A stretch of 64,000 bases of DNA from Sphyrna mokarran (lineage: Eukaryota). Where the stretch lies: assembly GCA_024679065.1 (NCBI GenBank), contig JAGIQG010000009.1, forward strand, positions 96,658,001-96,722,000, given 5' to 3'. Below, piece after piece: positions 23,691-37,536 of the stretch. Below the pieces are notes generated by a model. That model was not told where the DNA came from and did not search any database. It was given only the letters and a program-made list of their open reading frames with translations. The stretch's first letter is position 1, and every line of letters begins with the position of its first letter. Both the position numbers and the translations under genes were made by a program.

Positions 23691-25599
23691 TTGATCCTGG
23701 ACATAAATAGACAGTTTAAAGCATAGTTGTTTGCAAAATAACTCAGGGTGGTGGTATTCACACACTCCGAAGATCGATTGGCCATGATTGCTTCCTTTTG
23801 CAGAGTGATTCTGTGAGGGAGATTGGGCATGACCTTACTACCCATTCACACCATGGTCCTGCTACAGTGAAGAGGCAGAACTTGGCAATAAGCCAAATTC
23901 CCATTCACAGCAGCCGGGATGGGGAAATCCTACTGGCGTGAATGGTTGGATAATTCCGGCCACTGACTGTTTAACTTCCTTCAGGAATGACCAAGTAAGG
24001 TCAGGTCAAGGACAATGAGGGGTGGGGAACAAATTCTGACACTGTCAGCCCCCCCAAAAAATGAAGGGAAGATCAACAACATTCGCAACCCTATCCTATT
24101 GGACAGTCCATCCACTGTGAGCATATGTGCAACTGACATCGTCGTAAAATCTAAAACAGTAAACCTTAACGCACCTTTAATCTTTGTCAAACCACCCAGG
24201 CTTCCGAAAAGATCAAAGTAACCTCTTCGTTTCAACGTATGTTAACCACACCATTGCAAAACAGAACATTCTCATCAACCTCGTCATTGTAACATTGTCC
24301 TGCCGCTCAGCTGATTCTCAACCAAGTATATCTATTTTCTTAAGGCAGGAGATGGTATCAGAAGTGCTGAGGATCAATCCTAAATTCTGGGAATGGGATT
24401 TAGTGGCGACTGGGGGAACCCGAGTGTTGCTTCTTGATCTTGTACCCCTCCCCCTTCCCCAAGACTCGGGCTAATGATGTGTGAGATTGCTCCTCCCCTT
24501 CCCCCCTCCCCCAGCCCCTTCCCTCGGTGCTCTAACCTCTAAAATCGCTTTGCAAGAACGCAAGCAAATTACTTTGTCTTAACCCACAAATTCAAGGCAG
24601 GGGAGACATAACGGAGATGAGCAGGTTTTGGGGCGGAAAGTGAGGCAACACAATTGGTAAGGTATCGAAAACTATGGGGGGGTGCAATATGTAGAGGTGT
24701 GTGTGTGTGTGTGTGTGTGTGGGTGTCTATGGGTGGGTGTGTGTGGGTGTATTTGGGTGGGCGTGGATCGGGGAGAGGTTGGGATAGCAATTGAGCACCA
24801 ATCAACTTGTTAAGTCGTTCCCCCTGATCATTGGCAAGTTGAAACTGCTCCCAAGTTGATTTCAGTTGATCCACTCTTTATGGACCCAGAAGGCAGTCGA
24901 TTGGAAGCAACAGGCAATGTCTTGAAGGGAATTAGTGAACCCCTCTGGTGAAGTAATGTCCTTTCCAATCATAGAATCATAGGGAGAGAAATCTGTTATC
25001 TTTACCCGGCCTAGCTTACATGTGACTCCAGAGTCACGGCAATGTGGTTGCCTCTCAGCTGTCCTTGGGTAACTAAGGATGGGCAATAAATCTGGTGAGT
25101 TGGTGACATCCCTGTCCCACCAATGAATAGAAAAAATAGGGGAACTCATTGCTGACCACCTGGTTTAAGGCCACAGAGGTTGTCTTGGGGATGGGTTGAT
25201 AAATCAGACTCTGAGAGCTTTAGCCCATGGTCTCAGAGACAAAACCTGGGGGCTAGCCCATAGGACTGTTGGAAATCTTTCTTTTCATTTTGACAGTAAA
25301 AGGTTGGATGTTCTGCTGCAGCAATCCATCCAATAAAAACCCTGTTCCTTTAGTTTATTGTAGGACATGCAGATTCTCAGAGAAGGGAAACCACGATTGC
25401 ACTATTAACCTAAAAAAAAAACAGAAACATACACAAAAAAAGTCTGATCAGGGTTTCAGATAAGAAGTCTTGACAGACCAGAATTAGCACTTCAGAAACC
25501 CATTGTGCAGCTGCAGAAATTTCTATGATCTTCTCAGCACTGTTGCCAACATTTGAAACAAATTATATTTCAAATGAGCCCTGGACAATGATTTCCCAG

Positions 25600-25903
25600 A
25601 GTCCCAGAATCCCGATAGTGCAGAAGGAGGCCAGTCAACCCATTGAGTCTGCAACAACCACAATCCCACCCAGGCCCCATTCCTATTACCTCACATACTT
25701 ACCCTGCTAATGTCCTGACACTAGCACGGACAATCAACCAAACCCACGTATCTTTTGGACTGTGGAAGGAAACCGTAGCACCCAAAGAAAACCCACACAA
25801 ACACGGGGGGAACATGCGAATTCCGCACGGATATGACCCAAGCTAGGAATTGAACCCAAGTTCCTGGCTCTGTGAGGCAGCAGTGCTAAGCACTGTGCCA
25901 CTA
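25600..25903 (-). mobile_element. HE1-type SINE
   Basis: Consensus match. Confidence 0.88.
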
Positions 25904-26794
25904 TTTTGAAAATTGGATTATTGTGGTGTTGTGCTGTTTTGAGTAGGTTGTCATAAAATGATTCTATGATTTCTACAATTCTTCTATGAAAATCCAGTGG
26001 CGAAATAAAAGGAGGCCATTCTTCCCATTGTGCCAATGTTAGCTCTTTGGAAGAATCGGGTCTTCTCCCTTTAATCTTCCGATGTTTTTTCTCCAGCCAT
26101 TTATTCAGTTTCCCATTGCCTGTTACCCTTCAACCCTCTTCCATCAACTTTTCAGATGGTGCATTTCGGATTCTACACAGTAGGGTTACGTTAAAAATAA
26201 CCCTCTCTCTTTTTGTCAATTATTGGAAATCTCTATCCTTAGATTACCCATCCTCCCTCTATGAGAAGATGTTTTTCCTTAATTACACTACCAGAATCTT
26301 TCAATATTTTGAACCTTGTCATTTGCTTGCTACTGTTGTATTGAGGTAATGTTTTATTTGTTATTTGATTCTTTCACTGGGTATGGGTATCGTTGGTCAA
26401 GCCAGGATGTGCTGCCCATCCCTAATGGTCCTTGAGCAAGTGGCGGTGTGCCAGCTTCTTGAATTGCTGCTGTTGCAGATCATGTGGTGTAGGTATACCC
26501 CAAGCGCTCGTAGGGAGAGAACCTTTATGCCTGTTAGTGAAGCGTATGACGAACTTGCTGTGGCAGTGACAATAATATGTGGCTGTGAGAGCATTCATCA
26601 ACAACAGGCTGGTATACATCTATGTGTAAGTGTCTATTTTCTTACACCCTTGTATATCTTGTGTTAGTGAGTATCTGTGCTGGGTGTGTCGGTGTGAATA
26701 TATTTGTATAGTGCTGGTGTGTAACTGCATCTTGTGTCTGTGTGATTGTGTGATGCTGAGGTTATGTATTCTGCCTTTGGTTACGGGACAAGCT

Positions 26795-27097
26795 CATAGA
26801 ATTTCTGCAGTGAAGAAGGAGGCCATTTGGCCCATCGAATCTACACTGACTACAATCACACCCAGGCCCTATTCCTGCAACCCCAAATATTTACCCTGCT
26901 AATCCTCCTGACACTAAGGGTCAATTTAGCATGGCCAATCAACCTAACCCTCACATCTTTGGACTGTGGGAGGAAACCGGAGCACCCGGAGGAAATCCAT
27001 GCAGACACGGAGAGAACATGCAGACAGTGACCCGAGCCCAGAATCGAACCAGGGTCCCTGGCCCTATGAGACAGCTGTGCTAACCACTGTGCCACCG
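26795..27097 (-). mobile_element. HE1-type SINE
   Basis: Consensus match. Confidence 0.9.
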
Positions 27098-27329
27098 TTC
27101 TGCCCTTCCTGGTGATGAAACTTCCCGGAGTTGGAAGTACTGGGCAAGATTCTCTGCGGAGGGTGACATGTTGCTTGCTAGTGATGGAATTCCCTGGTAC
27201 CGCCGCTTCAGTGGGAATTCTCTATTATGTCACCGCACGCCAACTGGAAACCCGTGGGAGAGGACACACTGCTGGCGGGACTGGAGAATTCTGCTAACAT
27301 CAATAGCTAAAAAATTGCAGCCAATGTAG

Positions 27330-29505
27330 CAGCAGAGATAAAAGATTGGTTAACGGACAGCAAGCAGAAGCTGGGCACACATTTAAAGTGATCATCAAAA
27401 AAGGCAAATGTGATGTGAGAAAAACCTTTTTCACGCAGTGAGTGGTTCGGATCTGGAATGCACTGCCTGGATGTGTGGTGGAGGCAGGTTCATTCAAAGC
27501 AATCAAGAGGGCGTTAGATGATTATTTGAAAAGAGACAATGTGCAGGAGTTATGGAGAAAGACGGAGGAATAGTCTTGATGTTTGTTTGGAGAGGTGGTA
27601 CAGGCAAGATGGGTCAAATGGTCGATAAACAGGGCATATTGAATCTGCACTGCATAGAATGGAGAGGATGAAGGGGGCTGCTGCAAGCATCAAATCTGGG
27701 GCCTCAGCTATCTACAATCTACATTTATGAGTTAGATGAAGAGATGTTGAGTAATGTACCTATGTTTGTGGTGTTACAAAGCTAGGTAGGAAGATAAGGT
27801 ATGGGGGTCACATAGTGAGGCTGCAAAGAGGTATTGACAGGTTAGGTGAGTGGACAATGGGATGGAAGATGGAGTGTAATATATGAATTGTAATTTAGGT
27901 GACAAGGTGGCACAGTGTTTAGCCCCACTGCCTCATAACTGCAGAGACCTGGGTTCAATTCCTGGCTTTGGTCACTGTCTGTGTAGAGATTCTCCCCGTG
28001 TCTGTTTCTTCCTGTGTGGGTTTCATCCAAGTGCTCTGGTTTCCTCTGACAGTCCAAAGATGTGTGAATTAGATGCATCGACCATGCTAAATTGGTCCTT
28101 AATTTCCCGGGATACGTAGGTAAGAGGGATTAGCAGGGTAAATAGTGGCTTATTGGAATAGGGCCTAGATGGGATTGTTGTCAACACAGACTCGATGGGC
28201 CAAATTTGCCTCCTTCTGCACTGAATGGTTCCTGTGGTTTCTATACTATACGAATTGTGAAATTATTCATTTTGGATGTAAGACTAGAGAAATATTTTTT
28301 GAAAGTATAAAATTTGAGGTCGAAAGAGACATAGATATGCTCATACAAGGAACACAGAAAGTTGGCATGCAGATGCAGCAAGCAATTCGGAAAGCAAATA
28401 GAATATTAGTCTTAATGGCAAAGGGATTGGAGTACAGAGATAAATAAGTTTTGTTACAGTTTGACAGGGATTTTGATAAGACCATATCTGGAATGGGATT
28501 ACATTGATCCTTATTGCCAGGGGACGGGCTAGGGTAAATAAGTGGGGATATGGGGATAGGAATTGGATGGGATTGTGGTTGGTGGAAATTTGATGGGCCG
28601 AATGGCTTCCTTCTGCACTGTAGGGAGTGTATGAATATTGTGTGCAGTTGTGGTCTCCAGGTTTAAGAAAGGAAGTGTCATCGAGATTCGATACGTTGGT
28701 TCTATTCTTTCTCCATAGATGCTTCAGACTTGCCGAGATTTTCCAATGTTTTCTCTGACTGTTTGAGAAAGGATACACTTGCATCACAGGAGGCACAGCA
28801 AAGGTTCACTAAATTGGTCCCAAGATGAGAGGGTTGGTGTATGATGGGAAGCTGAGTAAATCAGGCTCATATTCTCAGGACTTTAGAAGAAGAGAGGTGA
28901 TTTTATTGAAGAATACAAGATTCCACAGGGTTTTGATGGGATGGGCACTGAGAGATTGTCTCCATTGGTTGGTGAATGTAAAATATGGGATATAGTGTCA
29001 GGATAAGAGGCGGATCATAGGATCCCTACAGTAAAGAATGAGGCCATTCAGCCCATCGAGCTTGCACCAACAATGATCCATTCTATCCCTGTAACTCCAC
29101 ACATTTATCCTGCAAATTCCCCCAAAACTAGGATCAATTTAGCATAGTCAATCAACCTAACCGACACATTCTTGGACTGTGAGAGGAAACTCATGCAGAC
29201 AAACAGTGACCCAAGCCGGGAATTGAACCCGGGTCCCGGGTGCTGTGAGGCAGCAGTGATAACCACTGTGCCACCGTGGCACCCCTGTTTTTGTAAGATC
29301 CTTTAAGACTGAGATGAAGACAAACATCTTCATCCAAATGGCTATGAGAATTTGGGGACCTGACCCTATAGAGTTGTGAATGTTCTATCATTGAACATGC
29401 TTAAGACGGTGAAGACCTCTCAGGGAATTAAGCTTTATAAGGAACAGAAAGAAAAGTGAATTGAAGCTGAGATCAACCCTGATTGTGTTGAATAGTGGAG
29501 AAGGC
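27330..29505 (+). mobile_element. Old CR1 fragments interrupted by several SINEs
   Basis: CEIIHFG, QAIRKAN and YCVQLWSP remnants. Confidence 0.7.
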
Positions 29506-29509
29506 TGTT

Positions 29510-29838
29510 TCGGTGAGAATGTCTCTCTGAGAGTGTCCCTCAGCGAGTGTGTCTCTCTGAGTGTGTCACTCTGTGAATATGTCTCTCTGTGAGAGTGTAC
29601 CTGTGCGCGCGTGTGAGTGCGCGCGTGTGTGTGCGTGTGTGTGTGTGTATCTCTTGGTGAGTGTGCCTCTCTGAGTATGTCTCTCAGTGAGAGTGTCTGT
29701 TTTTGAATGTGTCTCTCAGTGAGAGTGTCTCTCTGTGAGTGTGTGAATGTGTATGTGTGCATGTATGTGTCTCAGTGAGTGCCTCTCTCTGAGTGTGTAT
29801 GTGTGTGTGTCTCAGTGAGTGTGTCTCTCTGTGAGTGT

Positions 29839-29871
<33 letters not shown>

Positions 29872-30760
29872 CTCAGTGAGTGTGTCTCTCTATGAGTGTG
29901 TCTCTTGGTGAGTGTGTCTATCTGAGTGTGTCTCTCTGTGAGAGTGATTCTCAGTGAGAGTGTCTTTCTGAGTCAGTGTGTGTCTCGGTGAGTCTGACTC
30001 TCTGAGTACTCTGTGTCTTTGTGAGAGTGTCTCTTTGAGAATGTATCTCTCTGTGAGTATGTCTCCCAGTGAGAGTGTCTCTCTGTTAGTATGTCTCTCA
30101 GTGACAGCGTATCTCTGAGGCTGTGTCTCTCAGTGACTGTGTCTCTCTTTGAGTGTGTATTTCAGTGAGTAAGTCTCTCGGTGAGTATATCTCTCTGAGA
30201 GTGTGTCTTTCAGTGAGAGTGTCTGTCAGTGAGAGTGTCTCTCTGTGAATATGTATCTCAGTGAGAATGTCTCTGTATGAGTGTGTTTCTTGGTGAAACT
30301 GTCTCTCTCTGAGAATGTGTCTCTTGGTTAGTGTGTTTCTCAGTGAGTGTGTCTCTCAGTGAGAGTGTCTCTGTGTGAGTGTTTCTTGGTAAGATTGTCT
30401 CTTTCTGAGAGTGTGTCTCTTGGTGAGAGTATCTCTCAGTGAGTATGTGTCTCTGGGAGTGTCTCTCAGTGAGAGTATCTCTCTGAGGGTGTGTCTCTCA
30501 GGGTGTGTGTCTCTCTGAGGGTTGTCTCTCAGTGAGAGCTTCTCTCTGTGAGTGTGTCTCTTTATGAGTGTGTTTCTCATGAGTATGCCTGTCTGAGTAC
30601 TCTGTGTCTCGGTGAATGTGCCTGTCTTGTATAATTTTTGTGCGAGTATTTCTGGATGGTATCTGTCAGTGTTGCCTCTGTGTGCTGTGATGGTGTACCT
30701 GTGCTGAGTGTCACAGTGTGTGCTTGAGTGTATGTGTGTCTGTGATCTGTACCTCTCTGT
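29510..30760. repeat. Degenerate GT/CT/GA minisatellite (gtgtctctcagtgaga-like units)
   Basis: Direct inspection; it explains the low-complexity ORFs 29388 and 30356. Confidence 0.92.
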
Positions 30761-30969
30761 TAAGTCAGTCATAAGAGCATAGAAACAAAAAGGAGGAATT
30801 GGCCATTCAGCCCCTCGAGCCTGCTCCGCCAGATCCTGATTGATCTGAAATTCGTCTCAAATCTGTACCCCAACTTTATCCCGGTAACCCAGTATCCCTT
30901 TGCTGACCAAGAATTTATCCATCTCAGCCTTAAAAATATTCTAAGAGAGTTCAAAAGACTCACGACCCT

Positions 30970-31640
30970 CATAGAATCTTAACATGCAGAGGGTGACCAT
31001 TTGGCCCATTGAATTTGCACCAATTATCCAACAGCATCTTACCCAGGCCCTATCCCTGTAACCTCACAGACTTACCTCAAAAATTCCCCTAACCTATTTA
31101 GGGAAACTAAGGAACAACTTAACATAATCAAACCCATCTAACTGCATGTCTAAGCGGCACGTAGCACAGTGGTTAGCTTTGCTGCTTCACAGCACCAGGG
31201 ACCTGGGTTCAATTCTAGTCTCGGGTCAACTGTCTGTGCAGAGTTTGCACATTCTCCTTGTGTCTGTGTGGGTTTCCTCCAGGTGCTCCGGTTTCCTCCC
31301 ACAGTCCAAAGATGTGTGGGTTAGGTTGATTGGCCATGCTAAAATTGTCCCTCAGTGTTCTGAGATACGTAGATTAGAAGGATTAATGGGTAAATATATA
31401 GGGATATGGCGGTAGGGCCTGGGTGGAATTGTGGTCGGTACAGACTCGATGGGCTGAAGGACCATTTCTATGCTGTAGGGATTTGATGATTCTATGATCT
31501 TTGGACTAAGGGAGGAAACCAGAGCGTCCTGAGAAAACCCATGCAGACACGGGAAGAACATGCAAACTGCACACAGAAGTGACCCAAGGCTAGAATTCAG
31601 CCTGGGTCCTCGTGCTGTGAAGCAGTAGTGCTATCCTCTG
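30970..31640. mobile_element. HE1-type SINE (+, about 31155-31497) nested inside a minus-strand HE1 copy
   Basis: The minus copy breaks at ctaactgcatgtct and resumes at atctttggact. Confidence 0.85.
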
Positions 31641-32164
31641 TGTGATAAATTCTTCGTCATGCAAAGGAGTGATGGGTTATTGGGGATGCAGAGGTTAATA
31701 TCTGATCAACAATAATCTTGTTAAATGGTGTAGTGATACCACTGTGTCGCTGTACCCTCAAGGCCTCTCAGGACTTTTGATCAAGACGTTTCTTACTTCC
31801 AAACTCCAGCAGACACAAAGTTAGCCTACCCAGTCTTGCCTCATTAGACAACCCACCCATTCGAGCTACTCGTCTGGTAAATCTTCTCTGAACTGCTTCT
31901 AATGCATTTACATCCTTTGTTCAATAAGGTGACTGATGTTGTGCACAGCAATGCAAATGTTGTCTCAATGATGCCCTGATGCACAAATGAAGCATAACCT
32001 CACTTAGTTGTGTTGGGTCACTCTGAGTTTGTGAGTGTGTGGCATAGTGGCATGTTGGTTAGCACATAGTCTTGCCTCATAGCCCAGCAACCTGGGTTCA
32101 ATCCCAACCTTACATGCCTGAATAAGTAGAAAAGTTTGCACATTTTCCCCATGATAGAGTCTTA

Positions 32165-33175
32165 GTATCCCTACAATGCAGAAGGAGGCCATTCAGCCCA
32201 TCAAGTTTGCACCGACCACAATCCTACCCAAGCCCTGTTCCCATAACTCCACATATTTACCCTGCTAGTCCCCCTAACATTAAGAGCAATTTAGCACGGT
32301 CAATCAACCTAACCCATAAATCCTTGGACTGTAGGAGGAAACTGGAACACCTGGAGGAAACCCACACAGACATGGATAGAATATGTAAACTCCATAGACA
32401 GTGACCCGGAATTGAACCTGGCACTGTGAGGCAGCAGTGCTAATCACTGTACCACCGTGCCACACTAAATTCACACAGATATACATGCAGATAGTGTGGT
32501 AGAAATGTCTATCATGTTTGCGTGGTTTTCCACTGGGTGCTCCAGTTTCCTTCCAAAGTCCAAAGATGTGCAGGTGGATGGATTGGCCATACTAACTTGT
32601 CCCTTAGTGTACCAAGATATGTGGGTTAGATGAATTAGCTGGGTAAAATACATGGGGTTATAATGATAGGCTCAATGGGATGCTTTGTTGGAAAGTTGGT
32701 ACAGACTCAATAGAACAAATGGCCTCCTTCTGCACTGTGTGAACATGTCTATCAGTGCAACAGTTTTTTTTAATGATTTATCTATATTAATGCTTTTATT
32801 TCTCTGTGGACATTTCTACCACACTATGTATGTCTGAGTGAATATCTATGTCCTCTATGGACAGTACAGTGGCACAGTGGTTATCTCTGCTGCCTCACAG
32901 TTCCAGGGACCTGGGTTTGATTCTCAGCTTGTGTCACTGTCTGTGTGGAGTTTGCACATTCTCCCTGCGTCGGCATGGGTTTCCTTTGATTGCTTAGGTT
33001 TCCTCCCATGGTCCAAAGATGCGCGGGTTAAGTGGATTGGCCATGCTAAACTGTCTCTCAGTATCGAGGGATTAGCAGGGTAAGTATGTGAAGTTGCGGG
33101 AATAGAGCTTGGGTGGGAATGTTGCCAACGCAGACTCAATGGGCCGAATGGCTGTTCTATGTCATGAGACTGTGA
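32165..33175. mobile_element. Cluster of three HE1-type SINEs (-, +, +)
   Basis: Consensus matches at about 32165-32463, 32490-32742 and 32868-33175. Confidence 0.85.
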
Positions 33176-33299
33176 ATCCATCTGTGCAAAAATGTCTATC
33201 AGTGCATCAATTTTCCTCCAATGATTTATCTCTCCATGGATACTTCTACCACATTATCTGCACATATGTCTGTGTGAGTATCTATGTCATTGTGTGTGT

Positions 33300-33612
33300 C
33301 ATTGCCAATATAATCAAGGACCCCACACATCCCTGGACATGGTCTCTTCCACCTTCTTTCATTGGGAAAAAGATACAATAGTCGGAGGTCACATACTCAA
33401 GAACAGCTTCTTCCCTGCTGCCAACAGACTTTTGAATGGACCTATTTGTATTAAGCTGATCTTTCTCTACACACGAGCTGTGACTGTAAGACTATATTCT
33501 GCACTCTCTCCTTTCCTTCTCCATAAATCATTATTCTTTGTCTGTATAATGCGCAAGAAACAAAATATTTCGCTGTATACTAATACATGTGACAATAATA
33601 AGTCAAATCAAA
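33300..33612 (+). mobile_element. Rex1/Babar-type LINE 3' end
   Basis: LKNSFFPAANRLLN followed by the tail. Confidence 0.8.
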
Positions 33613-33699
33613 GTGTGTGTGTGTTGGTTAGTATCTATCTCTCTGTAAGAATATCTGTGTCCTTTTGATGACATTTTTCAGCCCCCTACTCATGTAAAA

Positions 33700-34043
33700 G
33701 CGAGCTATCTGGGGTTGTGGTTGAAGATAGAAATAATTTATTTTTGATTGCTAAAAGTAAAGCTACATTTTGCTCTGAACAAGTCATCTGGATAGACAAT
33801 CGTGTGGGGAATGGGGTTTTGCACTTGTATTTAGCCAGCTCGCTTCAGCAGATTAAAATAGAGTCTGTTGTCAGACACTCAAAACCACTTGTGAAGATAA
33901 ACGGACGGGTTTATTTGTAGAACCGGCAAGCAAGGAGACAGGGAAGTTGTCGCACTGTAAAGTACAGAGAGTCAGTGGGTGCACAGGCCAGAGATGAGTA
34001 CAAACTTGTAAAAAAAGATAAAATGATGTACCTGCAAGTGAGC
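33700..34043 (+). promoter_or_regulatory. Candidate promoter and non-coding first exon of the receptor gene
   Basis: Unique-sequence island with TGTGGTT (RUNX), AGATAA (GATA), GGAAGT (ETS) and a donor CAA|gtgagc at 34037/34038. The leader exon has its own acceptor, so an upstream exon must exist. Confidence 0.35.
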
Positions 34044-34317
34044 TCGGTGTATCAATTACCGGGAGTTCATGTGAACTAGCTCACATCCCCTGGTAATGCA
34101 GTCAACGTGTTTTTTTTAATGAACAACTTGTTCCATTAATGTGAAATGAAATAAACAAATTTATGTCAAATAAATGTGTGGCACAGTGGTTAGCACAGTA
34201 ACTTCATTGCAGTGTAGTGTAAGTGTTACTTGTGACTAATAAATAAACTATAACTGTTACTTTAGCACAGTGCCAGCAATCCAGGTTCAATTCCTCCAGT
34301 CACTGTGTGAAATTTAA

Positions 34318-34580
34318 TGTGGGGTTGATGGCGTTTGACTGGGGTGGGCACAGCAAAAAGTCTCACAAAACCAAGTCAAAGTCCAAAACGTTTACCTGGA
34401 ATCACAAACGTTCGGAGCGTTGTTCCTTCATCAAGTTTCTACAAAGATGCAATAAAGCAGACAAGATCCCGAAAGGATTACAGATGACGAACACTCACTT
34501 GATAAAGGAGCAGTGCGCTGAAAGCTCGTGATTCTAAATAAACTCTGTTAGACTTTAACCTGTTGTGTTGTGAGACTTTA
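34318..34580. mobile_element. Penelope-like inverted-repeat remnant inserted into an HE1-type SINE
   Basis: aagtctcacaaaacc...ccttcatcaagt is inverted against acttgataaagg...tgtgagactt. Confidence 0.7.
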
Positions 34581-34819
34581 AAGTGTGGAGTTTGAACTTG
34601 CTTCATGTGTCTATGTGAGTTTCCTCCAGGTGCTCCAGTTTCCTTGCACAGTCCGAAAGATGTGTTTGTTGGGTGCGTCGGCCGTGCTAAATTCTCCTTC
34701 AATGTGCCTGAACAGCTGCTATAATGTCATAACTGGGGGATTTTCACAGCAACCTCATTGCAGTGTTGATATAAGCGCACTTGTGACAATAATAAACAAA
34801 CTTGAAATTTTAACCCTTA

Positions 34820-35305
34820 ACATTTCCAAGTCAGGATAACGCGTGGCTTGGAGGGGAACTTCCCCTCCAAGTGCTGGTGGTGTTCCCATGTATCTGCTGC
34901 CCTTGTCCTTATAGATGGTCAAAGTCATGGGTTTGGAGAATGCTGTCAAAGAAGCCTTGGTGAGTTTCTGCAGTGGAACTTGTGGATGGTACATGCACTG
35001 CCACTGTGTGTTGCTGCTGAAGGGATTTGCTGTTTGTAGAAGAGGTAGCAATCAAGTGGGTTGCTTTGTCGTGAATAGTGCTAAGTTTCTTGAATGTTTT
35101 TGGAGCTGCACTCATCCAGGCAAATGGAGGGTATTCCATCACACTCCTGACTTGTGCCTTGTAGATGGTGAGTAGGCTGTGGGGAATCAAGAGGAAAGTT
35201 ATTCGTCACAGGATTCCTAGTCTTTAACCTGTTCTTGTCTACACAGTATGTATGTGGTTGGTCCAGTGCAGCTTCTGGTCAATGGTAACCCCCCAGGATG
35301 CTAAT
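34820..35305 (-). mobile_element. L2/CR1-group LINE 3' fragment
   Basis: LLTIYKAQVRSVMEYPPFAWMSAA in ORF 34909-35190. Confidence 0.8.
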
Positions 35306-36264
35306 AGTTTAATATTAAAACTCTACCCTTTAATACAGTGAAGAATGCAACGAACTTTGTCACCAGTGAGGTAATCAGTGGCACAAACTTCAACTGTCCC
35401 TTATCTCAATGTAAGAGAGCAGCTGCTTTGTTATAAACTGCCTGCGATTTTGTCCAGAATTATGGACAGAGGAAAGCTTTACATTTGGTGGAGAACATCG
35501 CAAGCAATACCTCTGTTCCAAAATAGAAGTTTATTTATTAGTGTCACAAGCAGGCTTACATTGATGCTGCAATGAAGTTACTGTGAAAATTGCCTAGTTA
35601 CCACACTCCAACACCTGTTCAGGTACACCAAGGGAAAACTAGGCATGGCCAACGCTCTGAACCAACACTTTCAGACGGTGGGAGGAAACCCGCGCAGACA
35701 ATGTACAAACTCCACACATACAGTCAACTGAGTCAGGAATCTAACTTAAATACCTGGCACAGTGAGGCAGCAGTGTTAACCACTGTGCCACTGCATTGAA
35801 TGCAAAAGAGGGTCTTTATTTATTAAGTATAGTATTTCTCTGGAATAGTGCATATTTTAATTTGACATTATTTTATAGTTCCAAACTTTTATGTGTTATT
35901 CCACTATGGCACAGTGATTAGCACCGCTGCCTCACACAGCACCAGGGACCCTGATGGAGTTTACACATTCTCCCCATTCTGTGTAGATTTCCTCTGGGTG
36001 CTCCAGTTTCCTCCTACACTGCAAAGATGTTAGGCGGATTGGCCATGCTAAGTTGCTCCTAGTGTTAGGAGGATTAGCTAGAGTAAATATATGAAGTTAT
36101 GGGGATAGGGCCTGGCTGGGATTGTGGCTGCTGCAGACTTGATGGATCAATTGCCTCCTTCTGCATGTAAAATTCTATGAAAATAAAAAAAAAAGTCCAT
36201 TTGCTTACTTCTCATTGTGCCTGGCTCCAAGTACGGGTAAGAGTCCATCGGAGAGTGAGCTTCT

Positions 36265-37376
36265 TTTTATTTGTTCATCTGATATGGGCATTACTAGATA
36301 GGCCAGCATTTATTGCCCATCTCTAATTGCCCCTTGATAACATAGTGGTGAGCCACCTTCTAGAAACACTGCTGTCCATGGGATGGAGGTTTGGAAGATG
36401 TTAGTAACGGAGCCTTGGGGAGTTGGTGCAATGCATCTTGTCAGTGGTGGAGGGAGTGAATATTTGTAGAAGGGGAACCAATCAAAAAGGCTGCTTTGCC
36501 CTGGTTGGTGCCGAGTGTTGTTGGAGTGTGCTGAGAATATTTCAACACACTCCTGACTTGTACTTTGTAGATTGTGGACAGGCTTTGGGGAGTCAGGGGG
36601 TGAGTATCTCGCTATCGGATTTCTAACTTTGACCTACTCTTGCAGCCACAGTAATTATATGGCGAATGTAGTTCGGTTTCTGGTCAATGGTAATTCCCAG
36701 GATGTTGATAGTGGGAGAGTCAACGATGGAAATGACATTGAATGCCATGGCTATATGGTTAGTTCCTCTCTTGTTGGAGATGGTCATTGCCTGGCACTTG
36801 TGTAACATAACTCATCAGTCCAGGGCTTGTTGTATTTGGACATAGACTTCTTGAGTATCTGAGGAGTCGGAAATGGTGCTGAACATTGTGCAGTCATCAG
36901 CGAATTTCCCCGTTTCTGCCATTATAATGGAAGGGAGATCATTGATGAAGAAGTTGAAACTGGTGGGGCCTAGGACACTACTCTGAGGAACTCCTGCAAT
37001 GATTCCCTGGGACCGGGATGATTGACTTGCAACAACTACAACCAACTTCCTTTGTGCGGAGTGTAACTCCAACCTGTGGTGTCTTTCCACTAGTTCCCAT
37101 TGACTCTAGTGTAGCTAGGGGTCATTGATGTCCTGCTCGATCAAATGCTGCCTTAACGTCACGGGCAGTCACTCCTGCCTCATCTCTGATGTTCCTCTCT
37201 TCTCTCCATGTTTGAAACAAGGCTGTGATTGTGGTCAGGAACTGAGTGCTTTTGGTAGAACCCAAACTGAGCCTGAATGAGCAGGTTTTTGCCAAATAAG
37301 CACTACTTGTTATGATCCCTCTCTTTACTTTGCTAATGTCCATGAGGAGACTGGTGGGGTAGGAATTGACCAGGTT
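36265..37376 (-). mobile_element. L2/CR1-group LINE RT fragment with a fold-back duplicated 5' end
   Basis: AGVPQSSVLGP, KFADDC and DVKAAFDR in ORFs 36815-37343. Confidence 0.85.
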
Positions 37377-37536
37377 GTAGCAGCAACAAATCTAACCTGG
37401 TCAATTCCTACCCCATCAGTCTCCTCGCGGACGTTAGCAAAGTAAAGAGAGGGATCATAACAAGTAGCGCTTGCTCGGCAATAAGCTGCTCATTCAGGCT
37501 CAGTTTGGGTTCTACCAAAAGCACTCAGTTCCTGAC
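37234..37536. repeat. Inverted repeat with about 143-bp arms and a 17-bp spacer
   Basis: 37234-37376 is the reverse complement of 37394-37536 with scattered mismatches. Confidence 0.92.
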
